Shown here: positions 1 to 12,101 of the stretch, in pieces
How positions within the stretch are numbered: position 1 is the stretch's first letter
How the letters are laid out: every line of letters begins with the position of its first letter
From: Pelomyxa schiedti
Lineage: Eukaryota; Protista; Evosea
Length of the DNA: 58,874 bases
NCBI GenBank assembly: GCA_020536535.1
Contig: JAHLWZ010000239.1
Location: forward strand, 1-58,874
Reading direction: 5' to 3'
Made by a program: the position numbers and the translations under genes
Notes under the pieces: model-generated
Seen by the model: only the letters and a program-made list of their open reading frames with translations
The model's database searches: none
Told to the model about the DNA's origin: nothing

Positions 1-282
1 CCAGGCGGGGCTGGGCCGGCCGGCGTGCATGTCGCTGCGCGTCCCGACCACGCTCAGCAGCAGGGAGCGCACGCGCGCCGGGTCCGTGGCCGCGACTACG
101 AGGGACCAGAGGAGCCTCCCCACTGTGTGCCCGTGGCGGCTCAGCGTAGTGCCGCCCGTCGCGGCTGCTGCTGCGGCAGCACGCGGCGACGTTGATGCCA
201 CGAGTGCGAGGACTTGGTCGCTGGCACGCAGTACCGACGCGACTTCCCACTCACGAGGGGGCAAGGCATCCCGACGCTGCAT
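1..282 (-). CDS. 5' part of an uncharacterised lineage-specific protein (intact paralog of 27210-28518); runs off the window start
   Basis: ATG at 282 gives an open frame MQRRDALPPREWEVASVLRASDQVLALVASTSPRAAAAAATGG...DPARVRSLLLSVVGTRSDMHAGRPSPAW, matching both broken halves of the copy at 27210-28518. Confidence 0.6.
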   Translation of the reverse strand, partial: MQRRDALPPREWEVASVLRASDQVLALVASTSPRAAAAAAATGGTTLSRHGHTVGRLLWSLVVAATDPARVRSLLLSVVGTRSDMHAGRPSPAW

Positions 283-334
283 GAGTTTCCTTATGAAAAT
301 GAAATTGAGGCGACATTGAAACACAAAAAACCTC

Positions 335-2155
335 TTAGAGGGAAAAGAGCAGGTCAGGGGGTAGGGAAGGATCTGGCACGGAGGAAGCTGTTCCCTTGTG
401 CATGTGTATTACTGGAACCAGTCCTGTTGTTTTGATGTTGGCAATGCCGCCAATTGGTTGTTTGTTGAGGAAGAATCTGATGGATCCATTTGTTGCATGT
501 GGGACAACTAACACTCCAACAACTGAGCCTGCATCCCACAGGGTGATGCCTTTCTTGAATGCCTCTGTACCGTGGCATAAGCCCTCTTGGTTGCGAGAGT
601 AGCAAACTGGTGAGCCTGGGAGCTTGTGGGGATACACATTTAGGTTAGTGGCAGCCTTTATCACGTCGATTGCTGCCAGCCCAATGCCCCCGCAGCATTC
701 TCTCCTTTCAATCTTCACCTCAAAGTAGGTGGGCACATCGATTTCCCGTGCGGACGAGACGATGCTGTGGTTGCCAGGATCGGTCCAGTCCACAGTGTGT
801 CCAGTGTTGGTGATGCTGCAGTAGCCTCCATTCCTGCCATCCCATGCAACAGTCACGACTGTTGGAGCACAACTGATAACAAATGGGGAGCCCGTGATGT
901 GTGCGAATGTGGCGCCATTGTCAACGGTGCCTTCAATGCTCACGTTGCACCACCCACCTACATTTTGTGAGGATAGAGTGAGAATGTGCTCCACAGAATC
1001 CACAGATGCTGCCATTTGCCCTTGGGGGCTTATACCAGGAGTTGGTCCGACAGTTGCTTTCCACTGTATATGACCCTGTGCAACCTGGTTTTTATCAACG
1101 GGCTGCCCTTGCTGGTCAAAAAGCTATAATGGTGCCTGACAGTTAGACTAGCAATGCACAATCACAGAAACCGTACCTGCAGTTGTAGTTTGGAGGTCGA
1201 ATTGAGTGTAATATAGCCAGGAAAGTCTTTGATTGTGCACTTTGAAATGTCCACCTGTGTGGCCAAGAGCCGAACAGGGGATCCACAAATTGGGATGAAT
1301 TTTTGGCCAAGCTTGTGTTTTCCCTCGATATACAAGAAATGGGGACCTGGCTGAGATAGACAGAATGAAACTGACACCACACTCTGGCTCAGATTCCATT
1401 GATTATCACTCACAGTACCTTCCTGTGTAAGAAGTGCACATCTCACAAGGATCAAATCTGATAAGAGCTGGAAATACTCTTCAGGTACTTTTTCTCCCGT
1501 AACAAATTTGGGCTGTGGAAGTGTGAGTTGGTTCTTTTTATATGTAACTAATATAATTTGTGTACTTATGTGATTTGAATGAGAGGTTGTTAGTTGGTGT
1601 TGGGATACTTCAATTTTGATGGCTGTCCATGATCCAACATTGCAGCAAGCTGGGGCACTTGAAATTACAGATTTACTGAAGTCGATATCTTGGTTTCGTT
1701 AATGCACAGAGCGAATACAATCGAGGAAACCTTGGACATTTACAGCTGCAATTGTGGAGGAACCGAGGTTTATTGAATAGCGTCCAGCTGTCTGGGGTAC
1801 CCATTGTATTTGGGCTTCAGCCGAAGCTGAAGCATCTTTTGGAATGTTTCGCCATTTGAATTGAAGGGAATCAGCTCCTGGAAAATGTTGTGAATTGTTG
1901 GTTACAGAAATATTTTCATACCAGAAGGAATGTTGTCAGAATCTGAACAAATAGTGAAAGTTAGTCGTTGGAGTGAAGGAATAAGCAGAAACTCTGGAAT
2001 CGGTGATCCACTCAGGTCGGGGAGATGTAGAACGGTTACTGTCACCTTCATTGGTAGTCCGACAAGAGGAATGGAGGGGTGGATGACGGTTGACCATCTA
2101 GCTTTCCCCAAATCAACTCCTGACACATTTAAAGTCACAAGGAGACATTTCCTGC
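335..2155 (-). CDS. 3' part of TRIM-like gene copy 1 (filamin-type Ig repeats + SPRY domain); truncated by the gap at 2156
   Basis: Near-identical to 28540-30365. Last exon has HITGSPF (filamin repeat end) and SPRY motifs YFEVKI...GIGLA...WDAGSVVGVLV...IRFFLN...GLVPVI. Confidence 0.7.
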
Positions 2156-2255
2156 NNNNNNNNNNNNNNNNNNNNNNNNNNNNNNNNNNNNNNNNNNNNN
2201 NNNNNNNNNNNNNNNNNNNNNNNNNNNNNNNNNNNNNNNNNNNNNNNNNNNNNNN
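2156..2255. other. Scaffold gap (100 N)
   Basis: N run. Confidence 1.
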
Positions 2256-2529
2256 AAAATTCCTTTCTCCCTTCAGGGCACAGAGACTGCTGCAGGACCA
2301 AGCACATTTTCTGGTCCACCCTTTGGGCCAGCTAAATCCAAAAGAGCAGATTTTTCCATCCACTCCCGACTGAGAACAACACTCTGATGCATCAAAACGA
2401 ATTTTTTAAAAAAATGTGTGAGTGCTAAATTTGCTTTTGTGATTTCTGTGTTGGTTTCTCCAGTTCAATTTGGGAGGCAATGGGAATGGGAAACAGAGAT
2501 CGGTTTGAGGGCAGCACACTTTTCTAAAG

Positions 2530-2715
2530 AAAAGAAAGCCGCCGCAGCACCTCCCGCTCTTGCTCGATGGCCCTCTCGCCGTCAGCAAAATAAACTTGCA
2601 GCGGTCAATCTGTGTTCGAAAAGAAAGCCGCAGCGGTCAATCCGTGTTCGAAAAGAAAGCCGCCGCGGCACCTCCCGCTCTTGCTCGATGGCCCTCTCGC
2701 CGTCAACAAAATAAA
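2530..2715. repeat. Intergenic compound direct repeat (A-B-B'-A')
   Basis: About 65-nt unit aaaagaaagccgccgc(a/g)gcacctcccgctcttgctcgatggccctctcgccgtca(g/a)caaaataaa occurs twice, flanking two copies of an about 32-nt unit gcagcggtcaatc(t/c)gtgttcgaaaagaaagcc. Confidence 0.9.
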
Positions 2716-2783
2716 TCACAAAACCAAACCATTCATTTTATTATTGGTGAGCTTGTTGCCAAGGGGTTTTTTTTTCCTTAAGC

Positions 2784-3947
2784 TTATGGCCACGTTGTTG
2801 GGTCCCAGCCAGTTGTTGCTTCCAAGTCCAAGGAGTCTAGGTCAATCATGTCTGATTGTGTGAGGGAGAAGTCAAACACCCTTATGTTCTCTGCAATGCG
2901 ATTGGGGTGCACTGACTTGGGGAGCACTATCAGGCCCTTCTGGAGGCCCCAACGCAGCATTACTTGTGCTGGTGTTACAAAGTTTGGTTCTGAGGGTTGT
3001 GACTGTGCGTGGTTGTGGGATCCAGCAATTCTGCAGAGAGTCTTGTCCGACATGAACCTCCCCTTTGCAAGAGGTGAAAATGCTTCAACTACCACACCAT
3101 GGGATTGGCAGTAGTTCACTAATTCTGGTCTGGCACAGAAAGGGTGAACTTCTATCTGATTAACTACAAACTTTGTATGAGCCTTGTGTGAAAATTAAAA
3201 ATTGAATAATGCCGCACCCAAGGGAGGAATCTTGCAGAAGCCGAGTAGTTCTTTCATATGATGCAGGCCAAAGTTGCTTACTCCTATCTCTCTTACCATT
3301 CCCTCTCGTTTGGCATGCTCCATTGCCTATTGTATGTTATTCCTTTAAAGGTGTTCAACTTTACTTGAACATTGTTAGTAGATTTTACCTGCCAAGTCCG
3401 TCTCCTCTCACGTGGCTCAGGGGGACAATGAAGCAGCATTAGATCGATATATGACAGACCTAAATTTTGCCCAGTGAACTGGAGATTGTGGGAATTGACA
3501 GCTGAGCACTGGACTGACCTAGGAACCTGAGGCGCGTGGATATGCACTCCAGGAGGGGATCAAATCCATAAGAGTCCCGCCATATTTTAGTAGTAACCCA
3601 GATATCCGATCTCGGGGCGCCGCACTCGCGCACGGCACGGCCAACAGACCCCTCGTTTTGGTACATCTGGACCCATAATTTAATCGTTGCGTTGTGCGGA
3701 TGATGTCAGATAGAGGGTGGCACAGGCTGTGCAACGGCAATGGACTGTGGCAGTGTAGTACTACCTGGGCAGTGTCGATGTGCCTGTAGCCACAAGACAG
3801 GGCGGCCCTCGACGAAACCAGCGCCTCGTCGTCGGTCTGCTGGAAAGTGCCGAATCCGATCCTGGGAGGCATCACTTCCCTGCCCGGTGTGCCTGCTCCC
3901 CCGTCGATCGTGCTCACAAGCAGGGGAGTGCTGTTAATGTCACTCAT
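2784..3947 (-). CDS. Aldo/keto reductase (AKR5/2,5-DKG reductase-like), multi-exon
   Basis: IGFGTFQ...GYRHIDTAQ / MYQNEGSVG...IWVTTKIW / YIDLMLLH / IGVSNF / AFSPLAKG...AQVMLRWGLQKGLIVLPKSVHPNRIAEN. Confidence 0.93.
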
Positions 3948-4020
3948 TGCTTTACACTAAAGCTCGTTTCCGTTTGTTTTGTGAAGAGGAAGAGATCACA
4001 ACAGAAAAAAAATAAACAAA

Positions 4021-5158
4021 ATGAGTGTGGGTGGGACGTTCACCGCGGTTACGTTCAATATGCTTGCGGACGGGTACACGGACAGTGCAGTGTATGTGAT
4101 GGGTTTGACTATGACAAACTGAGCGAAAAACCAGGACGTACTGCAACCCCGCGCACTTGTGTTGGGAATACCGCCTCCCCTTGATCTTGAAGGCCATTTG
4201 CGATTACGATGTCGTGTGCTTGCAAGGTTGCCGTGCTTGCACGATTTAAATGCGACTGTAACACTTGGAAGAATGCGACAGATTCCGTGACCTGCAACCA
4301 CAAATGACGTCGCGCGGCTACTCTGGCGTATTTGTGCCAAAGGGGACAAAAAAAGAAGGGGAAGCTACTTTCTGGCGAGACTCTGTTTTCCCTACCGTTA
4401 TTTCTCATCATGCAGTGCAGTTGTCGGCTCACCCTTCAGGTTGGTTACTTTTTTCCCATATTATCCTACTTATTTCTTTAAAGGTTTTGGCAAAGGGCAC
4501 TTTCAGGTAGCTTCGGTACTTTTCTTGCAGCATGCTGTTACATCCAAAGTTATTTGTGTTGTTAACACTCATTTGAAAGCACCAGACAATATGGAAACCA
4601 TGAGGTAACCTTTCAATTTACAAATACCTACCACTGATCCTTGTAAGGTCATTCCAAGGTGCATACATTTTAGAAACACTTGATCTTCTCATAAAATCGT
4701 ACCCCAGCTGCCCTGTGCTGATAATGGGAGACTTCAACACCACTCCTGAGAGGCACTTCCTCTAATATTCCAATTGACAAATGACCAGCCAAGCAAAATA
4801 GCGTCATATTACCGGCACCAAATACCCGACATATCCATCACAGGATCTCTATCCTTTCACAGATCGGATTCACTTGGGCCATTATCTAACGTCACCGACT
4901 CCCCGAGTTGTTTCACCGATCATCATTACACAATAAGAATTCCCTGGCGCACAGATGTGAGAACATTCCCTCCCACTCCAATACAACTTCTTACACTTCG
5001 AACAGGTCATAGACTTGATGTGGTACAACCAAGAGCTCACTGTATCACAGTATTTCCCTATTCCGGGTCTATCTTGGGCACAGGAGCACAGATACCTACC
5101 TTCCGTGAAACACCCCTCAGACCACCTCCCAGTCGCCGCTAAATTCACATTCAATTAA
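4021..5158 (+). CDS. Endonuclease/exonuclease/phosphatase (CCR4/nocturnin/angel-like), multi-exon
   Basis: Spliced motifs VTFNMLADG, LCWEYRLPLILKAICDYDVVCLQ-E, EGEATFW, NTHLKA, IMGDFN and C-terminal PSDHLPVAAKF; stop TAA at 5156-5158. Confidence 0.85.
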
Positions 5159-5432
5159 CAAGCCCTTAATGACAAAGGCTCCCCTCAGGAGCCCTTCATT
5201 CCTCAGTCTCCAAAAACCGAGAATGTTGTGGTTGTTTCCTGTTTTATCATTTTTTTGCGAAAGTTGGCCAAGGGAAGGAAAAAAAATAGAAACCCGATGA
5301 AACGAACCGAACTGGTGCCGTAACAACGCAAACACAAACTCCGACTAATAAAAATTTCGTAAAAACAAACACCCGACCAACCCACAATTTATAAACCATA
5401 AATCCCAACCACTACACACACAGACCGAGGTC

Positions 5433-8400
5433 ATGTCCAACATCGGGGCTATCTTCCACTCACCCAAGACACACCACCAGACCCCTGTGCCTCAGTCTCA
5501 GCCCCACCAGCACCATCACCACGGCGCCACGCCCTCGAGGCAGCAGGGGCTGCAGGCCGCATACCCCTCGACGACAACAACAACTACAACGACTACGGCG
5601 ACGACGCTTACGCCGGCGACGCCGTCGCCGATGGGCCACAGGCACCGCAGCAACCAGCCACATCAGCAGCAGATGCAGCACGACGGGACGGCGCCGCGGC
5701 GCAGCCACTCGTCCACGCAGTCGCCCAACCCGCCCGAGCTCGCTCGGCCCGGCACGCCGTCGTCGCACCACGCGACGGCCGCGGCGCTCGCGGCCAGCGG
5801 GGGCCTCAGGAACAACGCGTCGCTGCTGTGCCAGGAAGCCCCGAGGGATACGGACAGGCTAAGACGGCACGGTAAGTTTGGGGATAGATAAAATTATGGG
5901 ACCGGGAAGGGGGAGGGGACTTGGGAATGAAGTTTTATGTGAATAACACTAATGCATGTGAATGTAGAGGAGGGAGTCAGGAATGCGTACTTGGATACTC
6001 CGTATTTGAGTGCACAGTATGCTATCACCCCAAGTCATCCATCAAGCCGACTGCATCATAAAAGGCACACACATTCCAAGCGTACGGCATCGGATTCAAA
6101 CAGCAACAGTAGTACATCAAGTACTGGCAAAAATGTGATTCTGGGACACAAGTCCGCAAAGATATCCTCGGATAGCAGCAGTAACAGTAAAAGCAAAACT
6201 ATTCTGAACAAACGAAATAAAAGTGGTGAGGGTGGTGGCAGTTGGAGCGGGAGAAAGAGCTGGAAAAGTACCAGTAGAAGCCGAAGCAGAACTAGGAGTA
6301 GCAGCAGGAGCAGAAGCAAGAGTAAGAGCAGAAGTAAAAGTAGCGCTAGCGAAAGTGCAAGTAGAAGTAGGAGTCGCGGAAAAAGAAAACATAAAAGGAG
6401 ACGTCCCCCTGCCACTGATGGTCATGGAAAACAACGTCACTCCAGACAACCTTGTGCCTTTGATGAGATGCAATCTCCAAATGCACCCCTGTTACCAATA
6501 CATAGTCACTCGCTTTCTCCCGAGAGTCATATGCGTTCTCAAATGGGCATTCCCCTCAACCCTGTAGTCCCACCCTTTCACATGCTCTCCACACCCAAAT
6601 GGCAAGTGAATAAGCGCAATACGAGTGTCTACGCACCAACCTTCAACTCTATGCAGCTGTCATCTCCTGCTCCCCCAAACCTACATGCAGCACATCAAGC
6701 ATATGGAACCCCTTACTTCCCAATGTCTCACTTGCTTACGGCAGCAAATCCCGTAACGCCAATGCATTCTATGATTTATCCCGCTACTCCAGCCTCAACC
6801 CCAAGGCACCGCCATAAGCACCATCATAAACACGAGTCCAAAGCACTCAACTCACCTTATCAGGCAGCCTCTGTGCCATACACACCAGTGGGGTATGGGC
6901 CAGGTGACAGAAGACAGCAAGTTGGAGTTCCCCTTTCGGTGGGTAAACGCCATTCTTCCTCCAACATTTCTGTTGCAGAGCCCCCACATACTGCTCCATC
7001 ACGGAAGAAAACATCACACCACCACCGCATTTCTGACCAAAATGAAACCTTGCCACCACATGCTCCTGAGTACCAGGGCACTGGTATTCGCATTACTCCT
7101 CCCTCTCCACATCTACCTGTCCCAGTAACACCAACACAACCTTCTGGTGTCTCCACTTTCGTACCAATTCCACCCTTTTTAAATACGCAATCGAAATCGC
7201 CTTCTCCAAGTCTACCCACAGAAATACTTAGTGACGCCGTATCTAACACTAACAAGGTAGTAAATAGTGAAGAGGCTTCAACTACATTGAACATCACCTC
7301 ATCGACAACCTCTAACCTCCCACCAACGGCAACAGGGCCCGCATCGAGCCAAAACTCTCAAGAAACTATTTCAACACAACTGGCTCCCTCACATATCAAA
7401 TCAAAAAAATCATCTTCCTCAACCTCTTCCTCTACCTCAACCATTTCTACTAATCCTCCTGCGACACCACAATTTTCAACTCCCACTTCCTCCGCAACAG
7501 CGGTAGAAGCATTAACTTCAACAGCGGAGCAAAACCCTTCTCCAACAGGAGTGTTAAATGACAAAGTGTCACCAAACACTTCCCCAAGCCTCTCCGGTAG
7601 TGCGGCCAAAATCGGCAGCTCTGAACCAAGTACCAGTGCTGCAAAGAAAGCTATTGACTTTGAAAGCTATGACGACATGTTTGATGATTTACCCCTCGGC
7701 ACAGCCAATTTCTTTAATAAGGCACGTGTGATGCAAAATGTACAAGAGAACCTGTCTGATGACGAACCTGATTTCGGGGATAGTTCTGCCAGTGGTAGTG
7801 AGAGTGAGAGTACAACAACTGGTTTCAGTGATAGCACTAGTGAAATAGGGAGCGAGAAACAAACTGAAGATAAGAAAAAGAAGACAAGAAAACTGCAACA
7901 TACGAAGTCTGTTCCCGCGGATATGGACAAACTAACGGGGCCAAAATTCTTGGAACTGAGGGATTATGCTTCAAACAAAGTATGACACTCTTTTTCTGTA
8001 CTCCCATTTCTTAAGTATACTTTAGTTTATGGAAATAGGAAGTGTGACCGCCACAGCGGCCCAAAACCGGACACAGTTAAATCTTCTCTGTATGTAGTTT
8101 CATGATGTGTATTTATCACTAAAGAGACTAGTTAATCCTCGTTTTGCACGGGCACTTTTTGAAATTCTTGGTGCCAAGCAGCAACAAATCAACACGGCGT
8201 TCAAGCAAACCCTGATAACTGAGGAAGATTGCAAACATTTAATTCAAAGTCTTGATTCGGCCAGATGTGAAATCGCTCGAATGGCCAAGATAAACACTTT
8301 GAAGGCTATTGACTTGTTCATTCACCCACATAAATTTACATCATCCTTATTGCAACAAAATTGGATGCTAATGTATGACTTCAACTCTACTTTTTTTCTT

Positions 8401-8964
8401 ACTCTTAACAAAATTAAAAAGGAAGAAAGAAATGAACTCGTACCACGAAGTGTACAACACAGACAACTACCTGAAGCTATGCATACTTGAAGCTGTTGAT
8501 TCGCACATTAGGCACCTGCGCGTGCAGCTTATCAAAACCGTTGTCCGCGAACGACCATCCTTAGCACAGTGGATAGTAACTGCTTGGGTATGAATTCTTC
8601 ACTTGTGACACACAAATATCCAACCACAACAATACAGGTCGGAATCCAGGCTGTTAACAAAATGTCCTTCAAGCAACTCATGAAGCAAACCCATTTCCTC
8701 TACGACCTGCTGTCCTCTCTTGACGAGTACACAGATTGCATCAGTTTGCGCCAGAAGCCAATGCTTCTTGTACGAAGTGCAGTATGCTACCCGTTCCATT
8801 TTTTAACACACCATTCCACTCTTGATAAGTTAACGTTTGTTCCACCAGTCCATATTCTAAAACTTTTTTTTCAGGTAACTGAATGGAGAGTGTCTCTGGA
8901 ATTACTGGATTCGTTAGTGCACCGGAACAAGCCCGTAAAGCCACCAAGACCATCTCTACACTGA
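5433..8964 (+). CDS. Large uncharacterised protein with His/Ser/Arg/Pro-rich disordered regions and a helical C-terminus
   Basis: ORFs 5433-5891 and 5952-7985 (677 aa, RS-rich stretch) plus short downstream exons with GT-AG boundaries; no family recognised; 3' end approximate. Confidence 0.6.
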
Positions 8965-9152
8965 GGAGGTCTATTTAAATGTTGCACACTGCACATATGC
9001 ATTTTATCGTTCTGTACAGACTATCTAACTCCTTTTTGCTGTAAAAACAAAATTTTATTCTTTTGGCTAAGTTTCTATTCCCACCAACTTGTTTGCAGGC
9101 TTGGAGATTCCGGTTGGAAAACAAGAAACAAAAACAGAAAGAAAACCGCAGC

Positions 9153-12014
9153 ATGTCGCGTGCGAGTGCGTCCGTTTCGAGTTCACGTGTTGGGCGTTTC
9201 TATACGAAGAAGATCCAGCTATATGAAGATGGTGACATGACGTGCGTGTTTATGTTGCTTTTTTTCATTTTTTGGATTTTTCTTTCATTTTTTTTTTTGT
9301 TTTTTTTTTTTTCCCCTGTGCATGCTTGTTGGTACACCATTGTTCATGAAATTGTCGTGTGTAGGAAGACGCCAAGCTTGTACACTAAATCACATCATAA
9401 GCAATGGTTGATGGGAAATGAGTACGACCTCATTTTGAAAGTGTGCATAACTACTGGCAATCTATTGCTGGGTTACAACGTTCCTGGTTTGTTTTTATTA
9501 AAGTACGATATTGGATTAATTTTTTTGATTTTTGATCAGAGAACCCTTTTGACATAGCCTACGAGTTCCTTTTTAAACATGGCCACACCCCTGGTGATAG
9601 CATCACTGAAACTTTGGTTCAGCAAGTGGCCACGTTGATAAAGTCTTCAATAGCGTTACCTGTGCAGTTTAACTCTAGTTCATGTGCTCCAGAGGAGTTA
9701 TATGCGTGTAAGCCTCACATCAACTATTGCCATACATTCACCTCATTCAGTATGGTTGAGTCGGCAAAATGACCCCGTTTGTTTCTCTCGCCTTTGGAGT
9801 TTCATTTGTTAAATGCAATTCATTCCAGTCAGTGGACCAAGTTGCAGAAGTACCTGGCCCAGCAAAAATATCTGTTGATTTGCACTCTGAGGAGGATAAT
9901 TTTTACCTAGGTGATGAGGTTGACCAATTGTACACAGGTTTTTTTTTTTTCAATAAGGGTGAAAGTGTCAGCAGTTAACTTTTTTCAGGGGAGACCATTA
10001 CCACAGGACCAAAAAGAGTCGAAAGGGAAACTCCTCTACAGGATATTGCACCAGGGACTAGAACGTGAATCATCGCGATTTAATACTCCTCTATTGATAC
10101 CCACTTAGGAGCACGCCTGGTCCTTGTGATTGTGGCTTTAAGCACTTCCTAAATGGAAAGGAGTATGACTTTATTCTTCAGTGGGGTCCTCAGAAACATC
10201 TATTTGGTTTTAATCTTGCTGGTATGCTAAATTTGACTTCGACTCCTCACGGTTCCTAGATGATAATCTTTATAACGATGTTGATGATTTCATTATAAAG
10301 AACAACATAAATCCTGGCTCTTTAGATAACACTGCTATTGTTAGCAAGGATATGTCTTTTTCTTCGTATAATCGTTTTCCAGCGGGCAGCTATTGTCGCT
10401 GAAACAACGAAACTTATTGATGCCGCCCTGTCTCGTCAAACTACAAGCAAGCTACATACAAAACCCTCTGCTGAGCCAGAATTCTCTGACTCTGGATTTG
10501 ATCAATATACCCGTAATTACTCCTACACTCACCTGTCTCTAATCCTACACTGTGAAATAATCTTAAGCCACTGTGAATTTTCCCACTTCTGGTGCCCGGT
10601 GGAATAAAGTAACAGGAGGAATGGAGATCATTACCCCAACAATAAAGAAACCACGGACGTGCGTTTATACCCGTCCTTGTCTTTGCTCAATGAGTGTAGA
10701 GCTGATCCTGTAAGAGATGCCATTCTTGCACAAATGAAAAATGATAGAAAAGAGATACATGACCAAATTGATACCAGTAGCAAGCCTATGTTCCCTCCAA
10801 CTAAAACAGTGAGAAAATCTGAAGAAAAGTAAATCTTACTATAATAAGGAAGGAAAAGTTCCACGAATGATCAATGGAGAACTGCGTTATGTGGACCCGA
10901 AGACAGTTCCCTCTACAACCAACCAGATTACTGACGACGATAACGATGACGATGACGATAGTGATGCTACCCCAGCACCTCGTATTCCGGCAATGGGGGG
11001 ACCACCTCTTCCAGGGACATCACAACCAGAAGCTATAATGAAATTTTTACTGTATCTGTGCTTTCTACCTTTATCAACCTCATCAGTGCTTAGGATTATG
11101 GAACATTACCTTAAAATCTGTTCAGAAAAAGGCTGGCCAGTTGTTGAAGCACTTCTTTCTAAATCCTACCCAAAGGACAAAGTTCAGATTATCAAAGCAA
11201 ATTTCCATGTATGTTTGATTTATCGACATACATATGCCATTAAGTCTTGTTTTGTGCAGGAGAAAATGGTAAAGTGTGGTTGCCAAAATTGCATTGAAAT
11301 GCTAAAAACTTTTGGGGAAATTTCTCCTACATCCAAATCACTCACAAGTGGAATTCATTCACTTTTCACAATGCCTGCAGCAGAAACTCCAGCATCTCCC
11401 ACCTCCACGTCTCACCAGTGGTTGGGAGGCTTTCAGTTGAACTCTGAACAGCCATCACCCCAGCAGGGAATACCCCAGACATCAACAACCGAACCAACAA
11501 CACCCAAAACAGAACCACAATCACCAATCACGGCAGATATGCAACCGTCACCGACTCAAACGCCAACACCAGTACCACCAACACCAATCTCAGCACAAGC
11601 ACCGACCCAAACACAACCGCAAACCTCAACACCACTCTCTCCATCAGTTGAACCGGCCATGCCTGACACAGTTGCTCCAACACCACCCAAACTGCAGCAA
11701 CTCCTTGTTGACAATAGCAAAGGGGTTTGTCGTATCCGAATCAAACTGTTCTCTGGCAGACCCTTGGACGCCATTTTTAACCTCTGCCACACTGTTCCTG
11801 ACATCAGGCATCATATTGACTGGTACTGCCAAGAGAACAATGTCTCCACCCGCGAATACTCCCTAGTACAAGGCGTATGCATGCCGTTACCTTTGGCCTT
11901 TTTATTAACTTCATTGAAAAGGTACCTCCAAAACCACTCGCAGAAACAAACTCCACTCTTCAGGAGCTGGGACTTGCAAATTGTGTGGTTAGTCAAGTTG
12001 CTAAGAAGTCATAG
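9153..12014 (+). CDS. UBX-domain protein (p47-like C-terminal UBX), multi-exon
   Basis: C-terminus CRIRIKLFSGRPLDAIFNLCHTVPDIRHHI...LVQG|VPPKPLAETNSTLQELGLANCVVSQV is UBX-like. The 5' exon structure, and whether 9153-10850 belongs to the same gene, are uncertain. Confidence 0.6.
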
Positions 12015-12101
12015 AAGAAGACAGCAAATTTGGCAATTTTTGATTTAAGGCAGTGTGTTGCTGCCACCTTTTTTCTTTTATTATTATCGCGTGATTTGAT
12101 T

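Larger units (their letters stand above)
1..2155. repeat. Segmental duplication of 28236-30365
   Basis: Direct alignment by eye: starts ccaggcggggctgggcc, ends gagacatttcctgc; scattered SNPs and small indels. Confidence 0.95.

Noticed and set aside
1814-1833. Hairpin gcttcagc-cgaa-gctgaagc resembling a terminator
   Set aside because: An 8-bp stem inside a eukaryotic coding region is compatible with chance
6056-7930. Antisense Leu/Val-rich ORFs
   Set aside because: Shadows of the low-complexity Ser/Arg/Thr-rich sense ORF
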